Of a DNA stretch of 64,000 nt, positions 50,007 to 61,784 are shown piece after piece; position 1 is the first letter of the stretch; each line of letters begins with the position of its first letter. The notes under the pieces were generated by a model. The model was not told where the DNA came from. It was given only the letters and a program-made list of their open reading frames with translations, and did no database searches. This stretch comes from Cenococcum geophilum. Its lineage: Eukaryota. Location of the stretch: the NCBI GenBank assembly GCA_050273025.1, contig CP158636.1:10664001-10728000 (forward strand), written 5' to 3'. The translations under genes and the position numbers were made by a program.

Positions 50007-51603
50007 TCAATTATACACTGGGTTTTCCTTTCCTTTCTTTTTTACAGCTTTTCTACGTGGGATACTGTATAACAGTCTTTACCTAGACTTTTCGCACCGC
50101 CTAGAAGGATAAAAATAAAAAAGGCTTGGCGTTGGACATCAAGGTGTGGGAATCACAGGATTATTGGTGTTGGCTACTGGTTAGCCCGATTTGTGGGTAT
50201 AACGGCCGCGATTATGACTACGTAATACTACTCAATTTTTTTTAATAATTGTACCCAATAGATTGGCGTATTCTTTCTTACCTCTTCTTGAAACAATCAC
50301 ATGAACTTCTTACTTCTGTGCGTTGGCAGATCGTGCGTTTCAAATCTCGATGTGACCCGTGGGGATGCGCAGTTGGTTATATCGGAAATCGCATGTGCAC
50401 CGCCGCGTGTTTCCCTCGCCTTTCCTAACCTTGCCTTGCCTTGCCTTGCCCTACCTTGCCCTGCTTCCTGTTGCACAGCAGTTTCTCGGCGCGATGCCGC
50501 GCTAGGTCGTCCACCTGCCATTTCAATCCATCAGCCCTACTCATCAGCCTTAGCAGCACTACACATGGTGAAACTCTCTCTCTGTGTGCGCGCTCTCACC
50601 ACCCATGCAGCAACCAGCACACTGACCTCATTCCTCCTTGGGCCTGCCCCTCCTCATGTACCTTCCCCTCCCAGCACGCCATGCTGCTCGGCCCCCCGCG
50701 CGTTCGTCCACGTAGCGCGGGAAGAAAAAAATTTTCTGCGCGCCTGCGGCCCACCATGGCACACCCAGGTGATACGCGCGCAATGCAGGGCGCCGTAATG
50801 CCGCCGCCGTGTAACGGCTGCCGCAGAGTGTTACGTCGCGCTGCACTACTGCACCGCGTGCTGCGGGGTCCGGCCGGTTACGAGCGCTGCGATGCCGGCC
50901 TGCGTGCTTGCAGCTTTTTGCGTGCTGCGCCGCACGTGCGGGTGACGGATCCGTGGCACGCTCGGGGTGGGGGATTGCGTGCTTGGCGGCGAGGATGGGA
51001 ACTGGTGGTTCGAGGGGCCTGCAGTGTGGAGGAGAGCGTTCGTTGGGGTTTGTGGGGGATACGGTTGGGCGGTTGGGCGGTTGGGCGAGGGTGTGGAAAG
51101 GAGGGGCGGGAGGAGGTGAGGTATGGGTTTTGGAAGCATGTGATGGCCTGGGTGTGAGGATTGCTGGCAGTGGGTTTGGGTTTATTGCTGGGAGGGTTTG
51201 AGAGGGTGTGGAGGATGATAGAGAAATGCTTCGTGGGTACTTCGAAGGGTTGAGTACAATCGAGGTTTCACGGCATGGATCGGACCGTTTGTGCGCCGAT
51301 GGGTTGATTTCGGATGGTTTTATGTTTAGGGAAAATCAACGGGTCAAATTTATCCCTTGAAAATTCGAAGGTCTCTGCAACAAATTCTGCGTTTAGATGG
51401 CGCTTTCGAATCTAGGCTAACGTATAGACTATCGACTCTAAAGACTAGATGGTAGTTGTACTTCCTTTTGGTTTGATACCCGGGTGTTATCTCAGTAAGC
51501 GACTCAGCCGGCAATTGAGACAGTAAATCTCGCTAGTACTTAACTAGTGTACTTTACAGACGAATTAGGGCTAGTTAGGATTAATCAACAAAGCTGTCTC
51601 AAT

Positions 51604-52123
51604 TGCCGTCTGAGGGCCTTTGGTGCAAAAATATAAGAGGGTCGATTCAAGACTGAAATCTTCTTTTACCTTTTTTAATGCCCTACTTCCACCTTAAATA
51701 ACGTACTTTTAAAAATCTAATCGATTATATAACTAAAGCTACTTTTTAAGAATATTTATATAAAAACCCTATAGAATAAAAGTAAGTTGTTAAAATTACA
51801 GGTAGAAAAACGTCGTTGATCAGGCTTGGGTCGACTCGTTAACTTAAAATCTCGCCTGGAGCCTCGCCTAGAGCCTCGCCAGAGCCTTACGGGCGCAATT
51901 TTGTCGCAAAATCTACCTAAATTTTACCTAGTTAACAGCTTTATATTTTAATAAAAATCTAATCGATTATAGAGGAGACTAGCCTGATTTGACTTATTGG
52001 CTTATTGGGTTAAATAGGTGTTGTTAAGGAGTCAAATATACAGGTGAAAGTGTCTCTCATATAAAATTGCGAAAATTGAAGTCGAGCCTCACCAAAGCTC
52101 GCACCATAGGCCCTCAGACGGCA
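51604..52123. mobile_element. ~520-bp TIR element (MITE-like), AT-rich interior
   Basis: 23-bp TIR TGCCGTCTGAGGGCCTTTGGTGC / GCACCATAGGCCCTCAGACGGCA. Internal duplicated AAAAATCTAATCGATTATA and GAGCCTCGCC repeats. No clear TSD. Confidence 0.7.
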
Positions 52124-52194
52124 GGACAAGCCTGCGTTACTAATCAAAAATCATAAAAAACGCAGTGCGCGGGTCTTCTCACGTAGTATCAGGA

Positions 52195-52306
52195 GGTGGT
52201 CTGTGCGCGAACACCGGAATCAAGACTACACGGGCATTAAATTCAGCCAATCTGATTGGTGGGCTCTTATCGATAATATGAGGACCAATTTCAACGGGTT
52301 AAGGGA
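52195..52306 (-). mobile_element. Fragment of the MITE family seen at 37988-38291
   Basis: The reverse complement shares TCCCTTAACCCGTT, TTATCGATAAGAGCCCACCAATCA and GGTGTTCGCGCAC with that element. TA flank at 52307-52308. Confidence 0.7.
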
Positions 52307-52884
52307 TAGTATCCTTTTCTATGTCAGAGTGATACATAAGATCAGCGATATGCATTGTTGGTCTAAGTTTGGGACCATAAAGGTATTGTTGTGCTAATGA
52401 TTCCGATATCAAATCTTCTTCTCGTGTTTGGGGTAGTGCTATTAAACGGAGCTGTGGTTCTTCATTCTTTATAGCGGTACCAACTAATTAGTCCATTTGT
52501 AGTTGGGTTTAAGTTGGGTTCATTTCACTCAATTGTTAATTTACGAATATTGGTCAGCGGTAATTTAGCTGAATATTAAGGATGATCTAGTAGCGTAGAG
52601 TCCATTTTCAATAGCGGCTCATTAGTTTAACGTATATCACTTCTCATTGAAAAAATTCAAGCAATACTTTCTTCGGGTTTAAGTCAGAAGACAAGGGCCA
52701 CTGGCGGGTTGACAAGCAACCGCTGCTATTGAAGGACTACCCATAATCTTGCTAGAGCGCTACGACGAGAGGATACTGGTTTTTACAATGGAGTCTACAT
52801 ATGGCGTTACTGCACTGAGAATGAGCAAGGAGGTCAGTTCCTATCCCGTGCAGTTGATATATCTCGCACAATCAAATCGATATA

Positions 52885-53658
52885 TTACTTCTTCAGCTGC
52901 CGATCTCGCCTTAAAGTAGGATAGACTTCACTCGGTTGTCCATAATCGGCCATATTCAGCTCCAATAGTCCTAATAATGTGAATCCGAGAGTCTGGAACA
53001 TGTGTAACGAAGCCGGTCTCACTTCTACGAAAGTCGCCGCACAGCAATCGTCTGCTATTTGGTTGCAATGACGTGTGAGCCAGGCACCGGAGCCGCATTT
53101 TTGAAATCGGGGCGAACAAAGGTTCCTCTCTTGTCTTCGGCGGTTAGCGTACAATTTATTACGCAAGGTTCCAGAAATATAAACAAAAAACTCTTCACCA
53201 CATACGGAAGTGTTCTTCAGACTTATATCCGAATTCCTTCGATGCTGGAAGCATGCGACCGAAGAAGTGATTGGCGAGGTATGGATCGACACCTTCTATA
53301 GCTGGAGGTGCCCTCTTTTGCCCCACCCGCTCTTTCTGCTCTGCTGTTTGAGGATTTGGCCACTCCTCCATCCAATGATTCGTCTATTCATAAACGTTAG
53401 TCTAAACTATATGAACCTCCAATTACCATGGTTTATTTGTGAAACATACCCAGTAGCAATCTCCGAAATCTTGAAAGTCTTGCTGCCAGCTTGGTCAAAT
53501 TGCGGTCTAAAATATCCAACGAGTGCAGTATGCAAATTCTCATAGGTGATGTTTCGCATCACGGGCTTCCACAATGAATCTTCTGCCCTTCCTAATTGCA
53601 ATATGCCCGCCATGGCGTCAACATCAGAAGGGACAGCTTCTACAAGCCCGAACTCCAT
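52885..53658 (-). pseudogene. GNAT-family acetyltransferase, frameshifted
   Basis: N-terminus MEFGLVEAVPSDVDAM... Acetyl-CoA motif V.PDFQKCGSG.WL. C-terminal ASLHMFQTLGF. With the obvious introns there are two frame breaks, after 'RIIGW' (~53365) and within 'PDF/Q' (~53105). Confidence 0.65.
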
Positions 53659-54118
53659 TGCAAGAGTACAGAAAATTAAATGGAGGAAAAAGAATCAAGG
53701 AAAAGAAAAGAACTCATATTCTTTATAAGCCTGCCCGGCGTGAGACTGCCCAGAACGAAAGCGAGGGGTGCCCTAATAGACGTAAGATCTTTGTACATGC
53801 TGATCAATTACAGCAGCATATCTGTTAGGAAGGTGGACCCCATAATCAGGCACTTCTGCTTTTTCCAAGTCAGATACAGCTATAATATGAGCCATTTCAT
53901 GGACTTGCATAAAACGCTTAATACTGGATGGAGTTGAGGCTTAAATTGAGGCGTAGGGGAGTGACGAAGTCTTGGCACCGGCCCGTCTCAATTCCGTTAA
54001 GCGAAGATCTTGAACACACCGAATCTTCATCCTAAACTGATATTTCGAACTTCGACGACGCTCAACATCGACCACTCCGCTTTCCCTTTCGAACCAGAAT
54101 CCACCAATAACCGCAATT

Positions 54119-55070
54119 ATGCCTGGTGTTAGCGTTCGCGATGTTGAGGTAGGCTCAAACTGCTCTCGAAGTGCTCCAAAAGTTTTTGAAGAAGTAGTGC
54201 TAAATATCCTTATAGGCCAACAAGTTCATCTCAGCCTATGCCGCTTTCTTGAAGCGACAGGGCAAACTGCCAATGTATGTCTTCTACTTTGTCCTAAGAT
54301 TCTTTACTTATGCGGCAATCGTGACAATATACTAACACTTTAATCTTGCAGTCCAGGTTCGTTAACACCAGCTTGAGTGCCAGCCTGAATCCCGTAACTG
54401 GGGGATAATTGCACGCTCAGCTCGCTGACCATTGCGTACTACTATCTACAGGCTGGGTTGATACTGTCAAGACTTCACGTAAGTTGTATTCTGGCAAATA
54501 TATGTCGCGATCGAAACACTGATTAAAAACTTGCAGACTCCAAGGAGCTTCCGCCGCAGGATATTGATTGGTGAGGCGCCCTAACTTGTGCGTGTTAACT
54601 CAGAAATATTGGCAGAGCAACCGCATTACGATTGCAACATACCCACGATTCCGATTTCGGCGCAATTGTTGCATTAAAAATTATATTCGAAGCACCAATA
54701 CTAATATATCTGAATCTAGGTTCTACATCCGTGCCGCCTCCGTCGCTCGTCACATTTACATGCGCAAGACTGTTGGTGTTGGCCGCCTACGGAAAGTTCA
54801 CGGGTAATGATGCGCCAACACTCGACCACTTTCGCACTTCTAACTTGGAATCATAGATCAACGAAGAACCGCGGCTCCCGCCCCTCTCACCACGTCGACG
54901 CCTCCGGCAGCGTTGATCGCAAGGTCATGCAAGCGCTTGAGAAGATTGGTGTGCTCGAGCAGGATGAGGATAAGGGCGGACGAAGGATCACGCAAAGTGG
55001 ACAACGGGATTTGGATCGAATTGCTATGACCACACTTGAGGCCGAGGAGGAAGAAGAAGATGACGAGTAG
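54119..55070 (+). CDS. RPS19: 40S ribosomal protein S19 (eS19)
   Basis: Seven exons (54119-54148, 54216-54274, 54352-54356, 54452-54478, 54537-54570, 54720-54803, 54857-55070). They give [10 protein letters not shown]...PGWVDTVKT...[14 protein letters not shown]...GQRDLDRIA. Confidence 0.97.
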
Positions 55071-55409
55071 ATATTCTGGCATCAATGGCTTCAAATTCTG
55101 CATTCATGGATCGGGTTTGATTTAGGATTTCGCGCTGGAGCGCCTGGTGTACCTATAAGGAAATCCGAAATTTGGGCGTTCCATCGTCAGCTGCTCTACT
55201 GGTAATATCTTGACCTCACTTGTGTCTCAGTGACGAAGCTTGTTAAACGATCCGTACCGTCGTATTTTCGGAGCTATATTACTACCATCAATGCATCCGT
55301 TATCATGAAAATTCCCACACTCGACCTACGTAGTTCTTTCGTCCTCTTACCACTACTCTTTAATATCAATTTTATCCGTTCTAAACTTTCCGTTGCCACT
55401 GATTAGATA

Positions 55410-56702
55410 TCATCCCAGATTTCTCCTCAACCCCATGACATTTACTAATGCTTCCGCAATATCAATTGCAAATCCTTCCTCGTTAATTGCCCTCTCATCA
55501 CTAATCACTCTGATTCCACTTTCCTGTAACCCCTTTTCGACGGCCTCAAACAATGATTTGTCCGCCTCAGCATCCGCGAATGGACCGCCAGGTGTTGATA
55601 TCATGCTAACTCCGCCCTCAGGCATCCAAACTTGCACACTCTCTTTCTTAGCGGCGAAGGTAAGAAGTTTGTCGACAATGAATTGACCAATGGAAGCGCA
55701 CTCAGAAGATGATGTACGCATAAGCGTAACAGTTGGATTATGCTCGAATAGCAGCCTCTCAGCATACTTCTCCGGCACTGTTGCCTTCGGGCCAAAGTTC
55801 ACCATATCCGTTGCACCAAGACTGATAATGTTAGGGATCCCAGCCTTTGCTGCGGCCTCCAGCCTCGATGGTCCAGCAGACATGTTGCCGTCCATAAGAT
55901 AGTCGCAAATCTCGGTAGTGGTGAGGTCGAGGACAGCGTCCAGGTGCCCGGAGGCGATAAGACGCTCCATAGCGCGGCCGCCGTGACCAGTTGCGTGGAA
56001 AACGTATGCTTCAATGTTGTAGTTGGATTCAAGGTGGGACCGGATGGCGTCGACACAGGGGGTTGTGACGCCGAACATGGTTATACCTACTCGTTTCTTT
56101 TGCTGCCCCAGCTGCTGGATAGCCCCGCTCTCGTTCTGTTGATGCTCGGTCAAGTAGATTCTTGCCATTCCAACTATGGCGCCAGCAGCGTTTGAGAGGA
56201 TTTGGCGGAGTAGAGAGTTCAGCCCTGCCACGTCGACGACAGAGTACATCATTGTGATGTCTGTTTCCCCGACTACAGGTCCAGTATCCCCACTAGCTAC
56301 GGTTGAGACAATAAGCTTAGGAAAGCCAATTGGTAGTGCATCACGCATTGCCGCACTCGCGAGCGCCGTACCACCACTTCCGCCCGCAGAAATAATGGCA
56401 TGATAGCTCTCTGACGCAAATAACTCTTCTACACATGCAGTTGCACAGGCGGACATATGCTTAATCAACTCTCCACGGGGGAGCTCTGAGAGTTCACGGG
56501 CATTTGACGGCAACACGGAGCCATATTTATGTATGAGATCATGTTGAGTTACCGAGATGCCAGAATTTTGCACAGGATTTCGTCCAACGTCGATGAAAGC
56601 CACATTCGTCCCAGGGTGCTGGAGTATTTGAGAACGGAGATAAAGTAGTTCGGAGAGTTTCGTGTCGCAGGTGCCAATGAGGATAATATTGAGCTCGGCC
56701 AT
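55410..56702 (-). CDS. Tm-1-like ATP-binding domain protein (UPF0261), intronless, 430 aa
   Basis: Motifs IGTCDTK, GGSGGT, LPIGFPKLIVST, DITMMYSVVDVAGLN, TMFGVTTPCV, FHATGHGGRAME, DMVNFGP and HNPTVTLMRT. Confidence 0.93.
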   Translation of the reverse strand: MAELNIILIGTCDTKLSELLYLRSQILQHPGTNVAFIDVGRNPVQNSGISVTQHDLIHKYGSVLPSNARELSELPRGELIKHMSACATACVEELFASESYHAIISAGGSGGTALASAAMRDALPIGFPKLIVSTVASGDTGPVVGETDITMMYSVVDVAGLNSLLRQILSNAAGAIVGMARIYLTEHQQNESGAIQQLGQQKKRVGITMFGVTTPCVDAIRSHLESNYNIEAYVFHATGHGGRAMERLIASGHLDAVLDLTTTEICDYLMDGNMSAGPSRLEAAAKAGIPNIISLGATDMVNFGPKATVPEKYAERLLFEHNPTVTLMRTSSSECASIGQFIVDKLLTFAAKKESVQVWMPEGGVSMISTPGGPFADAEADKSLFEAVEKGLQESGIRVISDERAINEEGFAIDIAEALVNVMGLRRNLG

Positions 56703-57789
56703 GGCAGAACTGTGGAGTAAAGGTAAAACAAAATTTTTGATTTCAATAACAGGATACTCCCTTTATCGTGTCCATTGGATGACCCTGTAAAGGATGACCT
56801 TGAGGGAACGTTCAGATGAATTGTTGAAAAAGAATAGTCTTGCGTTGTCCGGGAGAACTGAACATCCCCGCGCCAAGACGAGCCTTACATTTGGCCCCGC
56901 AAAATGCTAGCCGTAATTGACGGATGAAGCTGCACAACGTCAATAACGTCTTGACGTCTAGCTGGGTGATATGGAACATCAAATGATCCAAGGTAACGGG
57001 GACTATAAGCTTCAGGAAGCATCTCTTGAACAACTCCTTTGTTGATTAAAAGTCCATAAACCGCTTCAAGCAATGGCGCTAAGGACTGGCGAGTTGTACG
57101 TCTTATAAAAGTGCGGTCAACCAATTGATTTCCATTTGGAGTTCCGTGGCAGCAGTGGAAAAGGATGTTCCAGACCTTGGTAAATATAACCATCTCTAGA
57201 TTGTCCTTTAAAGGTAGAGACTTGCTGTGAGACTGGAGAAGATAGCGATGCCAATCAACTCAGCTCGAATTTTGCGAGGGCCAGTCTTCGTGCAGGATAC
57301 AAAATCCGGCTTGAGGCTTCGCAGGTGTTAAGGGGAATTTGGCTGTGAAGGTTTTAGAGGCTATCGCCACTGATCTGTTAGCGTCGCCAAAGCAGTGCGC
57401 TACCTCTTTCGGTTTAATGAGATGCGCTAAAGTTATCCGCTAAGTTTTCCCCGCTATTCTGCTTGATGACAACGGGAATCTCCGGAGCGACCATGCTAAA
57501 CTCGGTCACACAATGCGAACGGTCCGGAAAGCCGGGTTCTTGCCTTGGCAGGACTCCTCTTCTTCTTCGCAGATCAGGCTGAAAGCTTCACTTCAAAAAT
57601 GGAATCCAGTAAAAGCTTAAGCTTCGTAGCTTAGCAGCTTGACGATGGCATGGTGGCGCCGAGTCTCTTGCTTTGATAATTGTAGGCAAGCCAGACGATA
57701 ACATGAGAGACGGGCTGCATATGTCAGTACATCCGACGATGTGAGCTTCTGACTCTAAATTTCTATTTTTAATGTTTTTCCGCAGTTGT

Positions 57790-59460
57790 TCTCAATGAAT
57801 CTCATTGCCCATGATGGAGGAGACAGTGTCCAGAAAATAACCACACCACCGCTCGACGTTGCTGTCAAAGGTGTCAAACTCGTTTCAGTCAAACTGGCAA
57901 ACTAGCCAGCGTTATACCGCAGCTTCCTTTTGCTTCTTTCAAGTACTTCACTTCCAGCAAACGGGTCTTGCTCCAAACCCCACAGTCTAACTGCTGACTT
58001 CCCTGTTTGTATTGGCGGGCAATTTTCGATTCAGGCATGGCTGGCAATTATGGGCATAGAACTTTCCATCGCTTGTTCCGTGCTGCCTTCTCGGCTTCTC
58101 TCAATTGGAATATCAAAGGCTGTAACCTCCGCGACGATATCGAAAGGCGTCTTCCTGGATAAGCTACTAAATTCGCAGTCGAACGCACCCTCATGACCCA
58201 AATGCGCCGAGGTTGGAAGAAAGTCTTCTTCGCCAGACTAGCTGTTGCTATTATTATCGTCGCGGTCACCATTTTGTACAATTCTCATTCGTGCTTGTCA
58301 ATAGATACGACGCCGTACAAGTCTTGGCGGATTAGATAGAAATGGGAACTTCTCCACCACCACGCACCGGCCCTTACCCTTGCTATAACGCCTGGATTGG
58401 AGACACATCTATCTTCAATAACGGTTTCAGGGATCTTATATCCGGAACCAACAATTCCATTCTCTATACAGGCCAAGTTTGGGCTACGAACGCCACACGG
58501 AGTGACCTGCACAGTGGATAGGACTGGCTATGGAGCTGCCGGCCGGAGATGTTAAGGCTGCAGTGGCTGGAACCTCCGTTTGGCAACATCGCGTTAATGG
58601 GCAAACTGAGGCATTTCTGGCGCCTATCCCAGAACTGGAGAATCAGCAGAGTACGTACTTGAGGCTTACGACGAGACGAGGAGCATCTTTGATGAGGATC
58701 CCCATGGTATAAATAATGCAGATTCCGCAGACTTCGCAGACGCTAGCAGTTTATCACTAGCAGGCTAAGCACACGAACTACGTCTTCCACCTTCTATCCT
58801 TTATTTAAATTTCTAAGCTTCAAGCACAAAATTTATTGACTCACATTCCCGGGCGGTACACTAAGTATCGCTTGATGTAGCACCTCTATCGTCCGATATG
58901 TTCAAGGTCGTTGGCTTGGTCTAGGAGAGGCCCCGCTATAGTTGTAGGCCTGACTTTATTCATGTAGCTTCCATTAGCTCCGGGGACCTCTTCGACTGTA
59001 CTGAAGAGTATGGTCAGGTGCCCGCTTTCTCCAAAACTACGGCGTACTTCTTGAAAAGCATCAAAATCCAAATGCACATATATTCTAAGGATTTCAAGGA
59101 AAAAGCAGCCCGAAGAAAATACATCCGCAGATCGGCCACGTGTTTCAGAGTTATCCCGCTCGGAGTAAGTGGTCCGTGCATAACGCCGAATCCAAACAAC
59201 AGCCGATTGCATTGATCTAATTGGCTAAATCTTATCGATAACGTGTGGACGAATTTCAGCGGGATAAGGGTTAGACTTCAGGAGCGCAGTATATAAGGGT
59301 TTCAGCAGCCAGCCTGCTAGTTCAACTACAGTCATTATGTTTAAAAGGTTAAAGAAGACTAAGATTAGCAATAGACCTTTTAAATAGGATTGCCAAATAT
59401 TTGTAAAGTTTAAAGGAACTTTCTTTACTAGAATATTGGCCACCTAATAGTCTATCCGTA
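57790..59460 (-). pseudogene. Degenerate protein-kinase and HET-like remnants
   Basis: Kinase subdomain IX relic RGRSADVFSSGCFFLEI (~59090-59140) and a possible ANILV (~59426-59440). Downstream MYKMVTATIIIA...FFQPR resembles the HET-domain 'IY..A.VTI.A' segment. Heavily broken. Confidence 0.4.
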
Positions 59461-59819
59461 AATATAAGTAACTACATAGATAGATTGGGCTCTTGCCGCA
59501 TCAAAGCTGACATTTGTTTTGTCGCACAGGTCGAGGTATCCCTTGCACCGTCGTCGTAACCGGAACCGGTCGCGCCGGAGAAGTTTGCTTGTCTCTAAGG
59601 GTAGTTTATTAATTATTTTATTTAAAAATAGACTATAAATAGAAATGTTGTATACCTAGATATAGGCATAAAACAGCATTGTAGGGTACATGCTGGAATG
59701 AAAAGGAGCTGAGGAAAAACTTGATGCGCCATTAGATGCGCCTCTCGAACACGCTACCACGTGATTCTCGGTTAACCTTTAGATTGCATCATGCCTCATT
59801 CCCAATTTCTACCGTCAAT

Positions 59820-60794
59820 ATGTCTGCCCCAGCGAATCGTGAAGAAATCCTTGTCAAACTCCGAGAATCCGTCTCTAATGGCAAAGCCATTGTGGGAGCA
59901 GGAGCAGGTTAGCTGCATCCGATGGTCCAATTGCATACCGTCCTCCACCATATCAACAATGCAACTAATAACGCTTTCACACAGGCATCGGCCTCTCTGC
60001 CAAATTTATTGAAAAAGGAGGCGGCGATCTAATAATAATCTATAACAGCGGTCGATTTCGTATGGCGGGTCGAGGCTCACTAGCCGGCCTGATGCCGTAC
60101 GGTAACGCAAACGATGTGGTTGTCGACATGGTCAGTCTTACACTTATTTTGTATTTTCAACTCAATACTAACACTTTTACAGGCCAAGGAAGTCCTCCCA
60201 GTAGTCAACCACACCCCTGTTCTTGCAGGCGTCTGTGCCACCGACCCCTTCCGCTCAATGCCCACCTTCCTCAAACAAATTAAGGAGCTTGGATTCGCGG
60301 GAGTACAGAATTTTCCCACTGTGGGGCTCATTGACGGACAGTTTCGCCAGAATCTCGAAGAGACAGGCATGGGCTATGATGTGGAAGTAGACATGATTAA
60401 AGTTGCACGCGAAATGGATCTCCTGACCACGCCTTACGTCTTCAACGTTTCTGAGGCGGAGAAGATGGCGCGAGCTGGGGCAGATATACTGGTTGCGCAC
60501 ATGGGACTCACAACATCCGGGAGTATTGGTGCCACATCTGGAAAGAGCTTGGATGACTGCGTGACGCTCATTCAGGAAATTCGTGATGCTGCGGCCAAGA
60601 TTAACCCTGAAGTTTTACTTTTATGCCATGGGGGCCCTATTGCTAGGCCAGAGGATGCGAAATTTGTTCTATCTAGGACTAAAGGTGTGCATGGATTCTA
60701 CGGTGCCAGCTCTATGGAAAGGCTGCCGGTCGAGGACGCAATTACGAATATCACGAAAGACTTCAAGGGATTGCCGGTGAAATGTGCTGAATAA
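59820..60794 (+). CDS. TIM-barrel protein (PEP-hydrolase-like / Tm-1 C-terminal domain family), ~281 aa
   Basis: Exons 59820-59907, 59985-60130 and 60183-60794 join in frame. Motifs [55 protein letters not shown] and [12 protein letters not shown]. Confidence 0.94.
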
Positions 60795-60899
60795 TGTCTT
60801 AATTTCAACTTCATGACTCGCGTAAATTTTTGTATCAGCACTAAAATTGACTAACAAAGAACTGCTTGTAGCGTTGAGCCTGCGACAGCGCACATCCTA

Positions 60900-61784
60900 G
60901 AGGGTGGGATTCCGGGCTTAACACTCCCGACTCCTTTTGTTCCTCGCGCTCGAGCAATTGGACGTGTTGCCGCTATTAAACCTAGCACTACTACCCTTCA
61001 AATTGGCCAGCTTGTCATGCTCGAGCCATTTTATCCGTGGCCGCGATAATCCAGATGTGCAAATACTATGGAGCTGGAGTGTTCGGGGCGACCCTAATGA
61101 CGAAGAAGCTAATTGAAGGCCCATGGGGGAATGGCCTAGCTACAGAATATACCTGAGCCCCTCTGAAGAACTGCTATGCCTTGAACGAAAAAGTCCTTCT
61201 CAGAAGCACTGCCGAAGGTGGTCTTGGCTATTCCGTGGCCGACCTTAGTATCCTGCCCAGACATCCGGTAACGTACGGCGGTTTCCGCAGCATCGATCTT
61301 AAACCTAGAGAAACAGTCATTGCAGCACCGGCCACGGGTGCTTACAGTGGTGCAGCCGTCGAAGTGGCCTCTACGGTGGGGGCTCGGGTCAGCATCATTC
61401 AACTCAACGGCAATGTCGAAGAAGACCTTGCAAGTCTCATGAAATTTGGACCGGCCGACACTTATCCCCTGCCGCTGCTGAGGAATCGACTTACGTCCGA
61501 AGCTGCCTAATGGCTCTCAAACCTTACGGCAGAGCTTCGTTGATGAGTCCTTCAGAAAGACATAGCCATTCCATATGTAGTTGAAGACCTCACCATACGT
61601 AGACAGTATGTATGAGAGGGAAGACGCTCAAGGTATCATCAAGCTCGCTGAAGCAGGAGTGCTCAAGCTTAGGAAGAGCGCTAGACACAATGTTATAGGA
61701 CAGTTTTTGTTTGAGTGGGAGAAAGCTGTAGAAACTGCAAAGCAAAATCCAGAGTCAGGCAATATAGTTCTGTTCACACCATAA
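60900..61784 (+). pseudogene. Medium-chain (zinc-type) alcohol dehydrogenase pseudogene
   Basis: Fragments AIGRV..GQLVMLEP, IRGRDNPD, VTYGGFRSIDLKP.ETVI.APATGAYSGAAV and MYERED...IKLAEAG. They lie in shifting frames with stops and deletions, and no N-terminus was found. Confidence 0.8.

Noticed and set aside
50297..51201. ORFs of up to 238 aa in the GC-skewed island
   Set aside because: Translations mirror the nucleotide low complexity, and several frames are open at once.
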